Part shown: positions 12,790-24,200 of the stretch, piece by piece
Numbering within the stretch: the first letter of the stretch is position 1
Layout: every line of letters starts with the position of its first letter
NCBI GenBank assembly: GCA_965644265.1
Contig: OZ286460.1
Span: 11,160,001 to 11,224,000 of the forward strand
Reading direction: 5' to 3'
DNA length: 64,000 bases
Source of the DNA: Glycera tridactyla
Taxonomy: Eukaryota
The notes under the pieces: generated by a model
Databases searched by the model: none
Told to the model about the DNA's origin: nothing
Seen by the model: the letters and a program-made list of their open reading frames with translations, nothing else
Made by a program: the position numbers and the translations under genes

Positions 12790-13270
12790 CACACAGGGAA
12801 TGCCCTGTCAATGTTCACGAGATCATCCACATTCATAGATTATACATCCACAAGGAAATTATACATCATAAGCGTGACACGGTATAATATACCTCACCGT
12901 GTAGATCATACCTGTAAATCACCTCTTGACATCCTTAAGCTGGAAGCCTACCCATCTAGAAAAATCATTCTGTCGGTGTTCACGAGATTATTCATCTTCA
13001 TGGATATACATCACCCAGGGAATTATTATCCATGAGATGTGGCACTGTATATCATACTTCACTGTTCATATCATACCTGTAACTCACCTCCTGATATCAC
13101 AAGGCCGGAACGACCTGCCTATACAGGAAGCACCCTGTCAATGTTCTCAAAATCAGTCCTCTTCGCAAATTATACATCAACCATAAAATTGTTCTTTATG
13201 AGCCTGGCCCTGTATATTATACCACACTGTGTAGATTATACCTGTAACTCACTTCTTGATCCTCTGGAAG
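12790..13270. repeat. Degenerate tandem repeat, 165-bp unit, about 3 copies
   Basis: gtc(a/g)(a/g)tgttc at 12807, 12972 and 13137; tacctgtaa(a/c)tcac recurs in each unit. Confidence 0.7.
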
Positions 13271-13779
13271 TGTAAAGCTTTGTATCAAAAACTATCTCAA
13301 ATCCAACGTCAAAAAACATGCAGTTTCATGCGAGAAACTCTCCTCCATCCTGTGCCTTACACCTCTGAAAGACGGCATCTACCATCAACTCAAAAAGACA
13401 AATCTCACAAGTATTGCACAACGCTAAAAACAATGAGCACCCGCTGTTTGCCGCACCTTATAGTCAAGGCAAACACAAGAAAACAATGGACACTTATCAC
13501 AGCTTGATTCACTCATCGATCATTTCAGGCCTCAATTATCACAGTAAATTAACGACGAATCACCTAAAATCATCAGTCCACCAGGAATTCGCTGGTACTA
13601 AAAAGGTCCCACCACATGGCTTCGGCCCGCCGTTCCATACAGTGGTGTGTCCCTGCTTGATCCATATTCATCCATACATGATTTCAGTGTCCATCCATTG
13701 GAGGATCCCCGTCAGCCACGTCTGCAAACATAGAAACACAAAAACTCAGGGTGACATTCACAACCAAACAGCATCCATA

Positions 13780-14250
13780 AATTCTTCATGCCTCCTCCAA
13801 CGAGATAACCGTCGCCGCCTTCGACGCCACTGCCGAGATCTACCCCTGCATTAATTAAACATCATCCTCAGCCACCTGCTGAGTGTACATGGGAATGCCG
13901 CCTGGAAAGGGGGGAGTGGTGATGAATAGATTGTTAGTGTTTCTGATGTTTTTAGTGACTGTTAGGTAACATTCGATGGCTCGCTCGGATCGCCTTTTTG
14001 TTGAAGCTAGGGAAGAACAAGTTGGGGGTCGGTCTGTCAACAGTTGGTTGTTTCAATTTATGCGAAACCTCTCATAGGATGCAATCCTTTTTCACCTTCA
14101 TTTCAGACACTTTCAATCCCGCAAGCGTCTGTACTCACAGGCCTGAGGACAACGCCATCAGCATCACAGTTTTCAGGGTAATTGACATCCAAACCCTGTC
14201 ATCAATTCTGCCCAAATTTGCAATAAATTCCAGTACTACCTTGGGATCCC
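13780..14250 (-). pseudogene. DIRS tyrosine recombinase catalytic-domain remnant
   Basis: WDPKVVLEFIANLG...ITLKTVMLMALSSGL*VQTLAGL...YLTVTKNIR..NLFIT, then (frameshifted) TLSRWLR..AGVD. Contains stops and frameshifts. Confidence 0.8.
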
Positions 14251-14855
14251 ACACACACTCCCTTCTCACACGTGCTGGCTGTGTTTGGCTGGCCCCCTGC
14301 ATCACTCCCTTCTCACACGTGCCGGCTGTACTTGGCTGGCCCCCTGCATCACTCCCTTCTCACACGTGCCGGCTGTACTTGGCTGGCCCCCTGCATCACT
14401 CCCTTCTCACACGTGCCGACTGTGCTTGGCTGGCCCCCTTCATTAATTTGTCAAGTCGAGGGCTGATCCCACACACACACACTCCCTTCTCACACGTGCC
14501 GGCTGTGTTTGGCCGGCCCCCTACATCACTCCCTTTTCACACGTGCCGGCTGTGTTTGGCTGGCCCCCTTCATTAATTTGTCAAGTCGAGGGCTGATCCC
14601 ACACACACACTCCCTTCTCAAACGTGCCGGCTGTGTTTGGCCGGCCCCCTGCATCACTCCCTTCTCACACGTGCCGACTGTGCTTGGCTGGCCCCCTTCA
14701 TTAATTTGTCAAGTCGAGGGCTGATCCCACACACACACTCCCTTCTCAAACGTGCCGGCTGTGTTTGGCCGGCCCCCTACATCACTCCCTTCTCACACGT
14801 GCCGGCTGTGTTTGGCTGGCCCCCTTCATTAATTTGTCAAGTCGAGGGCTGATCA
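14250..14855. repeat. Minisatellite with 47-bp and about 85-bp units, derived from DIRS YR coding sequence
   Basis: 47-bp unit cactcccttctcacacgtgccggctgtgtttggctggccccctgcat is interleaved with a longer unit adding tcattaatttgtcaagtcgagggctgatcccacacaca. The minus strand translates to the YR segment PRLDKLMKGASQTQPARVRRECVWD. Confidence 0.9.
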
Positions 14856-15960
14856 CTCTCAAATACCAAGGCCAATTCTACCACGTTCACTATCGCCGCT
14901 TTTGCTGTGCATAATGTACTATAAGACCTGCCTTTTTCTCTGGTGTCAGTCAAAAAATTCACAATAGCCTCTACTGGTGGTCCAAATGGATCCACCCCTT
15001 TGATGTCTGTGAAGTAAATCCATTGGCCCGGGTACGTCTCGTATTGCTTCCTGATGGACACCCTCCAAGCCCCGGAAATAATCTTTCTTGCCTTTTCTCG
15101 AGTCCTGCTGCCTTGAGTATCTTGTCGAGACTCCGGCGCCAGCTGGAGTGTCTTCCAAATCGGGTGAATCTGTAATTGGTCCCACGGCAAATGCAGCAGG
15201 GTCCTGGATCTTGGCAGTAGCACCAGTCCCGATTTCACCATCTCCAGTAGCTTGGCCATCCAAACCGCCGTCGTCCATAATGGAAAGACAATCAGTACCG
15301 TCACTCCATCTGCCGCCATCTTCTGCAGGACTGCCGGGAGTACACTAAAAGGACAGAAAACATAGGGATGGCTATACACCGACCAATCGATGAGCGAAGC
15401 ATTTGTGGCAACAGCCCTGTCATCAAAATAGAAAGGCATGAATTTGTCCACCTGCCTGTTTTCTCTGGAAGCAAAAAGTTCAATGTCCAGATAGAATGAC
15501 AACGCAGCACACAGTTTCTCAGAAACATTCACATCCAGCATCCACTCCCACCTGTCATCTGTGTCCCTACTCAGCCGGTCAGCCACAATATTTTCATCCC
15601 CGGGGATAGTACTGCTGACAACCAAATATCCATCGTTAGAGCCCAGTCCAATATATCCTCTGCCAATTTCGCACAGGTCAAAGACTTAGTGCCCCCCCCC
15701 CACCCCATCTTATTTACATAGGCCAGTTCCGTCGTATTATCCGACCTGATCAGAATGTGGCAATCTGATTCCTCATCCAGCAGCACCTGTGATCCGAAAA
15801 AGATGGCTAGCATCTCCTTCGCATTGATACGTAATTCGGTCACTGCAGCGTCCCACTTGCCCTTGCAAGTCATGTTCACTTTTGTCACATGCATTTCCAA
15901 GTGAGCCCTCCACCCGGAATCACATGCATCCGCTGCCATCTGAACCGACACGTTTCGGCA
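14856..15960 (-). mobile_element. DIRS1-type retrotransposon remnant: RNase H, methyltransferase-like domain, YR N-terminus
   Basis: RH: ADACDSGW, INAKEMLAI, IRSDNTT..AYVNKMG, IPGDENIVADRLSR. MT: LDIELFASRENRQV, YVFCPFSVL, LIVFPLW. YR-N: AWRVSIRKQY..W..F, NFLT...GRSYSTL. Frameshifted. Confidence 0.9.
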
Positions 15961-16186
15961 TTGCAAGGACCTAGGGCTGTGACAGCCTCCCTCAGCCACT
16001 AGTCCACTTCCTGTAATGCCCCATGCGATAATGACATTTTCACATACAATATCAATCACAGTCGTCACTGTAAGCATTCAGTGAGGTGTCCATTGGTGGA
16101 GGAGATACTTAGTGCCGGCTATAAGGAATGACACTCTTTATCAGTTGCCAGATGACTGATACAATAATTCAATCACAACTCATTGC

Positions 16187-16247
16187 CCAGAGATAGGATC
16201 GTCCTTGGCCTTTGGCTCTCATACAGGTGGACTTTCAAGTTTATAGT
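16187..16247 (-). pseudogene. Decayed exon B of the OTU-locus gene (phase 1-2, 61 nt)
   Basis: Acceptor gtttttcctgcAG; reads (D)YKLESPPV*EPKAKDDPIS(G). The donor is non-canonical (gcaatgagt), so the 3' boundary is inferred from phase only. Confidence 0.4.
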
Positions 16248-16478
16248 CTGCAGGAAAAACGATTATAAGACTGAGCATCATAGAAACATCTCATGACGGT
16301 GACTGCATCATTCAAAGAAGGTTGAGGCATCTCACTCATGATACATCCACACCATTACAAATCAGTGTACGGGCTAGTCATCATAATTCTTTTCAGGTTC
16401 TCACAATATTGAAATGGTTGGTCGTCACAACTGCTCAAACCACTCATGCGTTCGTCCGTCCACCGCCAAACCCACACT

Positions 16479-16531
16479 CATCCATCCATCCATCCATCCA
16501 TCCATCCATCCATCCATCCATCCATCCATCC
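16479..16531. repeat. (CCAT)n microsatellite
   Basis: Direct reading. Confidence 0.95.
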
Positions 16532-16782
16532 ACCCCCTACCTCCCCTTCTTCCCGCCGTTCCTTCCTCCAGTGATTCATCCATCCCTATATCCATCCACG
16601 CATCCACTCCCTTTCCACCTCCTCTCTCCATATTCCCTCCCCCTCCTCCCCTCCCTCCATTCGTACCTTCCTTCTCGATATCTGTGTCCTAGTTCTCGTC
16701 CTGGAGTAGCAGGATATTGGATGTTGGGTGTCACCCTCCCCTTCCACCCTCCCTCTCCCTGCTCTCCAGCCCCTCCCCATAC

Positions 16783-16934
16783 CTTCTATTTCGATGTCTG
16801 CGTCGTTGGTGTCCTCCAGTTGGCTGGTTGCGCGGGATGTTGGCGGGATGTTGGCTGTGCGGGTGTCATCCTCACCCCCATCTCTCTCACAACATGCGTC
16901 ACCCGCTCCTTCCATGTCCCGACCGTCATCTTCG
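16783..16934 (-). pseudogene. Acidic exon A, copy 1 (152 nt)
   Basis: AG acceptor at 16936-16935, GTATG donor; reads EDDGRDMEGAGDACCERDGGEDDT...DADIEIE. Confidence 0.6.
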
Positions 16935-17223
16935 CTGATCAACACAAACACATACGACCAAACTTAACAACCTGCAAGTATTGATCTTCTGCTCATCATG
17001 TTGAGCTCATGACTTCTGTGACTCATCAATGATCATATAAGATAAGAACAACCAAGAAACGTGGCTCAATGACCTGTCACTGGTAGCTGAATTTGCAACT
17101 ATTGTTCAGTGCTTTTGGCATGGTGAGGAAGCAGCTTTCGTGGTGGTGGTGCTGCTAGATTTTGTTTTTCCTGTAGTGGCGGTGGCACTGGTGGCGGTGG
17201 TTGTAGTAGTTGTGGTGGTTGAC

Positions 17224-17366
17224 TGGTTGGTTGGTTCTGGTTCAACATCACGTCAGCACCATCTTGACTATATTGTAACGTCCATGCAATGGGCATGGGT
17301 GAGATCTTTCAAGGCTCCTCATTCTGGGTTCCAAATGGAAGGTGGAAATATATGAAAATCACAGAC
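17224..17366 (-). mobile_element. SINE-like 3' fragment with (AACC)n tail; copies also at 18394-18537, 19598-19740 and 51945-52095
   Basis: Shared tggttctggttc(a/t)acatcacgtcagc...ctatattgt...ccatgcaa...atgaaa(a/t)tcacag at four sites, one of them 32 kb from the triplication. No pol III boxes seen, so the SINE class is inferred. Confidence 0.55.
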
Positions 17367-17547
17367 ACCCAAGGTGTCTTTCCGGGATGCCCACTTAGTA
17401 GCCTCTTACGACATGTAGGGAAACATGGGAACTATGCTTCCCCGGGCCCTCAAAGGGAGAGTTGTGGTGGAGATGATGGGATGGTGGTGGTGCAGGTGAT
17501 GTTGATTGCATTGGTAGTAGTGGTAATATGTCCCATCAGTACATCTT

Positions 17548-17900
17548 GTTTGTTGGTCCTTCAGATTGCCTGTTGACGTAGCTTCATAAATCAGGTCCCA
17601 ATAAACAAATAAAGGTAGGACTAAGTAGTGACTTGCGTCTGGCTCAAGTATTTGCTAACATATCTCAATAGATTCAGGCGCTTCACAACTTTATCTTTCA
17701 ACTTGTCGATATGCATGTTAAAGCCCAGACTGGAGTCAATGACCACCCCTACGTACTTATAGGCATTGGTCATTTCCAGCATCTGGTCCTCAATATGCAG
17801 TTGTATGGTAGCACCCCGTATCATATCATTTGGGGTGGTGAACAACATGCTCTTGCATTTTTTAGGGTTCACAGACAATCTATTAGCCTTGAGCCAGTTG
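17548..17900 (-). mobile_element. LINE ORF2 RT C-terminal fragment (CR1/L2/Rex-like)
   Basis: WLKANRLSVNPKKCKSMLF...YKYVGVVIDSSLGFNMHIDKL...LNLLRYVSKYL. Confidence 0.85.
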
Positions 17901-17953
17901 CACCCTCCCCTTCCACCCTCCCTCTCCCTGCTCCCCACCCCCTTCCCTCTTAC

Positions 17954-18105
17954 CTTCTATTTCGATGTCTGCGTCGTTGATGTCCTCCAGTTGGCTGGTT
18001 GCGCGGGATGTTGGCGGGATGTTGGCTGTGGGGGTGTCATCCTCACCCCCATCTCTCTCACAACATGCATCATCTGCGCCTTCCATGTCCCCACCGTCAT
18101 CTTTG
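17954..18105 (-). pseudogene. Acidic exon A, copy 2 (152 nt)
   Basis: ttaatcAG acceptor, GTAAG donor; same open frame (KDDGGDMEGADDACC...). Confidence 0.6.
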
Positions 18106-18722
18106 CTGATTAACACAAACACATACGACCTAACTTAACATCCTGCAACTATTGATCTGCTCATTGTGTTGAACTCATGACTACTGTGACTCATCAATGA
18201 TCACATAAGATAAGAACGACCAAGAAACATGACTCAATGACCTGTCACTGGTAGCTGCATTTGCAACTATTGTTCACTGCTTTTTGCATGGTGAGGATGC
18301 AGCTTTTGTGGTGGTGGTGGTGCTGTTGGATTTTGTTTCTCCTGTCGTGGTAGTGGCACTGGTGGCGGTGGTTGTAGTAGTTGTGGTGGTTGACTGGTTG
18401 GTTGGTTCTGGTTCAACATCACGTCAGCACCATCTTGACTATATTGTAACGTCCATGCAATGGGCATGGGTGTGATCTTTCAAGGCTCCTCATTCTGGGT
18501 TCCAAATGGAAGGTGAAAATATATGAAATTCACAGACACTCAAGGTGTCATTTCGGGGATGCCCACTTAGTAGCCTCTTATGACACACAGGGAAACATGG
18601 GAACTATGCTTCCCCGGGCCCTCAAAGGGAGAGTTGTGGTGGAGATGATGGGATGGTGGTGGTACAGGAGATGTTGATGGCGGTGGTAGTAGTGGTAATA
18701 TGTCCCATCAGTACATCTTGTT

Positions 18723-19094
18723 TGTTGGTCCTTCAGATTGCCTGTTGACGTAGCTTCATAAATCAGGTCCCCATAATCAAATAAAGGTAAGACTAAGCTT
18801 TTGTACAGAGTAGTGACTTGCGCCTGGCTCAAGTATCTGCTAACATATCTCAATAGATTCAGGCGCTTCCCAACTTTATCTTCAACTTGTCGATATGCAT
18901 GTTGAAGCCCAGACTGGACTCCAGTGGAGTCAATGACCACCCCTACGTACTTATAGACATTGGTCATTTCCAGCATCTGGTCCTCAATATGCAGTTGTAT
19001 GGTAGCACCCCGCATCATATGATTTGGGGTGGTGAACAACATGCTTTTGCATTTGTTAGGGTTCACAGACAATCTATTAGCCTTGAGCCAGTTG
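18723..19094 (-). mobile_element. LINE ORF2 RT C-terminal fragment, second copy
   Basis: Same motifs plus LYKSLVLPLFDYGDLIY. Confidence 0.85.
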
Positions 19095-19147
19095 CACCCT
19101 CCCCCTCCACCCTCCCTCTCCCTGCTCCCCACCCCCTTCCCTCATAC

Positions 19148-19299
19148 CTTCTATTTCGATGTCTGTGTCGTCGGTGTCCTCCTGTTGACTGGTTGTGCGG
19201 GTTGTTGGCGGGATGTTGGCTGTGGGGGTGTCATCCTCACCCCCATCTCTCTCACAACATGCGTCACCCGCTCCTTCCATGTCCGCACCGTCATCTTCG
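19148..19299 (-). pseudogene. Acidic exon A, copy 3 (152 nt, phase 2-1)
   Basis: ttaatcAG acceptor, GTATGA donor; phase matches the donor at 20796 downstream of the OTU stop. Confidence 0.6.
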
Positions 19300-20495
19300 C
19301 TGATTAACACAAACACATACGACCAAACTTGACATCCTGCAACTATCGATATTCTGCTCATTATGTTGAACTCATGACTTCTGTGACTCATCAATGATCA
19401 CATCAGATAAGAACAACCAAGAAACGTGGTTCAATGACCTGTCACTGGTAGCTGAATTTGCAACTATTGTTCAGTGCTTTTGGCATGGGGAGGAAGCAGC
19501 TTTTGTGGTGGTGGTGGTGGTGGTGCTGTTGGATTTTGTTTTTCCTGTAGTGGCGGTGGCACTGGTGGCGGGGGTGATAGTAGTTGTGGTGGTTGACTGG
19601 TTGGTTGGTTCTGGTTCAACATCACGTCAGCACCATCTAGACTATATTGTGACACCCATGCAATGGGCATGGGTGTGATCTTTCAAGACTCCTCCTCCTG
19701 GGTTCCAAATGGAAGGTGAAAATATATGAAATTCACAGACACTCAAGGTGTCATTTCGGGGATGCCCACTTAGTAGCCTCTTATGACACACAGGGAAACA
19801 TGGGAACTATGCTTCCCCGGGCCCTCAAAGGGAGAGTTGTGGTGGAGATGATGGGATGGTGGTGGTGCAGGAGATGTTGATGGCAGTTGTAGTAGTGGTA
19901 ATATGTCCCATCAGTACATCTTGTTGTCATCACTTCTGCATCCATGCATGAATGAATCATTATTTAGGCGTTGCGGCCATTGTCATGAGATGAATGGGAT
20001 CCTTTGTGGATGTTGGTACATATCACACATGGTCAAATATTCAATCACATAGCAAATCATTATAAGGGCAGTCCTCACTGTAAACAATCAGTGAGGTGCC
20101 TAAAGATAGAGGAGATACTTGGTGCCGACATATAAGGGATGATGCTCTTCATCATTTGCTAGATGACTGATACAACAATTCAATCACAGTTATCACTGTA
20201 AATATTCGTTTAAGTGCCCATTGATGGAGGAGATACTTAGTGCAGACTATAAGGAATGACACTCTCCATCATATGCCTTCGATGGATAGGGAGCCACTGG
20301 CATCGCCACGCCCAGAGCACATCAGTGCCTCCCCTAGGGGCGATCTATTGGATGACCAGGTAGCTTCGAGTACCAAGACCCTGGACACTCTGACAATCAC
20401 CACTCCCACTACTACCATTGCCACCTCTAGCAATTTGGTGGCTATACCAATTGTAGCACGGCCCACGGACCAACAACAAGATTCTTTGTAACAAG

Positions 20496-20605
20496 GTCAA
20501 ATATCTTGGTAGATTATGACTAATTCTTTCCCAAGTCACAACACTAATGCTTCACAAAAGTCTTGTCTCCCCAGATTCGACTACTGTGATATCGTTTATG
20601 ACAAT
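20496..20605 (+). mobile_element. Small LINE RT remnant
   Basis: VKYLG and HKSLV..RFDYCDIVYDN motifs with a frameshift. Confidence 0.5.
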
Positions 20606-20819
20606 CCACTACGTATGATTCTGTCATCCATGATAAGTCTCAGGCAGAGCTTTTTGTTCAGTGTGCAGACCATAATATGAAACGTTTAGTAATTCATTGC
20701 TGATAAGTGAAAAATTGAGGTAGTGTGGAACATTTGTCCCATTCACTTATCTGCCAAAGGAATTCCCTGTGTGAGGGATGAAGTCAACCAACCTACCTTG
20801 ACCCTGTAGCAGACCCAAC

Positions 20820-21137
20820 TCAGTTGGGGTTGACACCCATGCGGCGAGTCGCCTGGAAGTGGTGTTGCCCCAGATGTGCAATGAAGACCGTGCCAGTCTG
20901 GCGGGGGCTCCGGGGGGCCAGGACCTGCTCAGGCTGGACGCGACTAGCAGGCTCGGACTCGACAACATGGATGACGACACCCAGGGCATTAGCTGCAGCC
21001 TGGATGACGATGTTGTCGGCCCATGTGCCCTGCTGCCGCATCTCCCGCAGGTAGCCCGCCACGCTGGCATGGTCGCACATGAATGGGGCATACTCAACCT
21101 TGTTGGCCCAGATCTCGTCGCATGCAGCCTGGCGCAC
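20820..21137 (-). CDS. OTU gene exon 4 (OTU C-terminal half)
   Basis: Acceptor ttatttgtatAG; VRQAACDEIW...GTWADNIVIQ...HLGQHHF; TGA at 20822-20820, followed 23 nt later by a donor AAG|GTAGGT (20796). Confidence 0.88.
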   Translation of the reverse strand: MRQAACDEIWANKVEYAPFMCDHASVAGYLREMRQQGTWADNIVIQAAANALGVVIHVVESEPASRVQPEQVLAPRSPRQTGTVFIAHLGQHHFQATRRMGVNPN

Positions 21138-21207
21138 CTATACAAATAACAATTGATGAAATAATTAATTGACTCATCAATTGAATTATTAATTACTAAT
21201 TGATTGG

Positions 21208-21248
<41 letters not shown>

Positions 21249-24200
21249 GTTGTTGTTGTTTAACAATTCTTTATTCACGTACCATGGGAGGCTCAAATTC
21301 ATCTGATTCTGATTTCCATCATGGCCATGTATTTTACAGTCGAAGTTCATGGGTTAGTAACCTGTGCAAGCCCTGTTCATGTAATTGATAATATAGTGAC
21401 ACGCGATGTCTCAATGCAGTGGCTAACCATTGGTGAGCAGTAACAATAACTCGTAACATATAAATGCAGACCTACATTGCTAATGAAAAATATTGTGAAA
21501 TTTCTAATATGGAATGGAAATTTTAAACTAGTTCAAGATCAAATTCAATTATATCCAAAGATTATGAAATAGCTTGTTCTGAACTCTTTGACACTATTAC
21601 ATTCTTTCAATTGTGATGGTAAATTATTCCAAAGTCTTGGTCCTTTGACTGAGATTGCTCTACTAGTTCCTGTTAGTTTGGTTTTTGGTATTTTCAGGTT
21701 ATTACTGACGGACTGGCGTGTCACTATATTGGCATTGTTTTCAACATATTCAAATTTTCTGGTTAAATAGTCTGGTGAAAGTCCGTGTACAGCTTTGAAT
21801 ATCAGATGACACCAGTGATAATCACGCCTACTCGTTAGATTCATTAAACGTAGCGTGTTGTGNNNNNNNNNNNNNNNNNNNNNNNNNNNNNNNNNNNNNN
21901 NNNNNNNNNNNNNNNNNNNNNNNNNNNNNNNNNNNNNNNNNNNNNNNNNNNNNNNNNNNNNNNNNNNNNNNNNNNNNNNNNNNNNNNNNNNNNNNNNNNN
22001 NNNNNNNNNNNNNATTTTCTGTTCAATAGTTTTTTTTTGTTTCTCCGTCCATCCCTACATGTACTGTTGGTGAAAATCGAAAACTAGGTTTGTCAACTGA
22101 TTCTCAATCCAGAAAGTGTCTTATAAACAGCATCAGAGAACATTGCCTAGGGTTGGTTGGTCAAAATCCACCCGAACAATTCTCAGTAACATCCAAACAT
22201 CCAACTCAACTGTAACTGCTCAAAACAGAGAACAAATGAACATCTATTCATATCTCCTTCAATATACGTCGAGTTTTCAAACATCCAACTCAACTGTATC
22301 TGTTCATAACAAAGAACAAATGAACATCCATTCATATTCCCGTCAATATACGTCGGGTTTTCATACATCTAACTCAACTGTATCTGTTCATAACAGAGAA
22401 CAGATAAACATCTATTCATATTTCCGTCAATATCCGTCGAGTTTTCGTTAAGAATTTCCCCCGGTGATTGAAGGTGCTTTGTGGTTTCAGTTTTAGTGTT
22501 GTTTTAATTAATTACTTGCCCACATGTCACCGACCTTCACACCCGAAACCCGAAATCACTGAGCAGACATAAAATCTAATGACTTTTGAAGGACTCTTGG
22601 AAGAAAATGGAAATGCCTGGGTTTTGGCTGACCCATGAGGGCCCTGCAATGTATGTCACTATACCCCATGCAATTACAGGGCAAATACCAGCACCATTGT
22701 TTACATTAACTACTTTCATGCAGGATGCCTTCTTCACAGGGCGGACAGAAATCAAAGAATCAAAGAATACCATCGGCAAGGAAACAGATAGACACGTAAG
22801 TGAGTACACAGAAATGCATCTAGAAATAATAGATTGGATCGAAAAATTACGGCCAATAGCATATTTCAGGGGGCCAATATGATGGAAATGGTGGTGAAAT
22901 ATTTTGATGAAAGGTGGATTTGGCCCATGAACATTGTGAAAAGGGGTCAAAGATGAGAAATGTGCGTCACTGAGAACAGAATCAGGAACAGAGCGAAATG
23001 AAAGATGCAACATGTATCAGACATTCTTGAGTGGACGGCACCCAGTAGACACAAGTATTCTACGGTGTGATCTCGGTATATAGCATACGAGGATGAGTAC
23101 TGCACCCAGTAAACACAAGTATTCCAAGGCGTGATCTAGGTATGTGGCATACGAGGATGAGTACTGCACCCAGTAAACACAAGCACAGGGCTGCCAACCT
23201 CCGAAAATCGGTTTCAGTACCCGGAGACCCCATTTTCAGTAACCTGGGCCCATTTTCAGTAACCAATTTTCAGTAACCTTTTTAAATGTATAGAAGTGGT
23301 ATCATGACATTAAACTGTATGATACTGTGGGAAAGTGGCCTATGTCTAATAGTTCCGATAAATACCGCCGCCGCCACGTGTGGCGCTGTAAAACTCGCAA
23401 TTCGCATGGAACCCCGCCATCTATCGCGAATTTGACGAATTACGATAGTTCCGATTATTTCTGCTACCAACACAGGTGGCGCTGCGAAACTCCCATCTTT
23501 CATGAAACCCCGCTATCTCTTGCTAATTCATTGAACTGCGATCTGATCACCTTGAAGTCTTGCACGAGTCTATCTCCACAACATCGCAAGATGGCGGCGC
23601 CCTCAGATTACGTGTTTTCGCGCAATAAAGCCGGATTTCTTCACAGTTTTCAACGATTTATCGGGATTTTTAGCCGGCGGATGTAAAAATCGTAACCAGC
23701 GACGGCAAATCGGAACTTGCGGAGTTTGCCGCGAAAATCGTAATGGTTACGGGAAATGCGGAATACTTGGCAGCCCTGCAAGCATTCTGAGGCTTGATCT
23801 CGGTATATAGCATACGAGGATGAATACTGCACCCAGTGAACACAAGTATTCTGAGGTGTGATCTAGGTATATAGCATGCGAGGATGAGTACTGCACCCAG
23901 TAAACACAAGTATTCTAAGGTGTGATCTCGGTATATAGCATACGTGGATGAGTACTGCACCCAGTAAACACAAGTATTCTAAGGTGTGACCTAGGTATGA
24001 AGCATACGAGGATGGGTACTGCACCCAGCAAACACAAGTATTCTGAGGTGTGATCTAGGTATGAAGCATACGAGGATGAGTACTGCACCCAGTAAACACA
24101 AGTATTCTGAGGTGTGATATAGGTATGAAGCATACGAGGATGAGTACTGCACCCAGTAAACAAAAGTATTACAAGGTGTGATCTAGGTATATAACATACG

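Larger units (their letters stand above)
16733..19922. repeat. Tandem segmental triplication, about 1.17-1.19-kb unit
   Basis: Units start at about 16733, 17901 and 19095. Each holds an acidic exon, an (ACC)-rich tract and a SINE-like piece; LINE fragments sit at both junctions. Confidence 0.92.

Noticed and set aside
16322-16984. Pro/Ser/His-rich 220-aa ORF
   Set aside because: Translation of (CCAT)n and C-rich low-complexity sequence, antisense to exon A.
22586-22882. 98-aa plus-strand ORF
   Set aside because: No motif, splice support or homology recognised.
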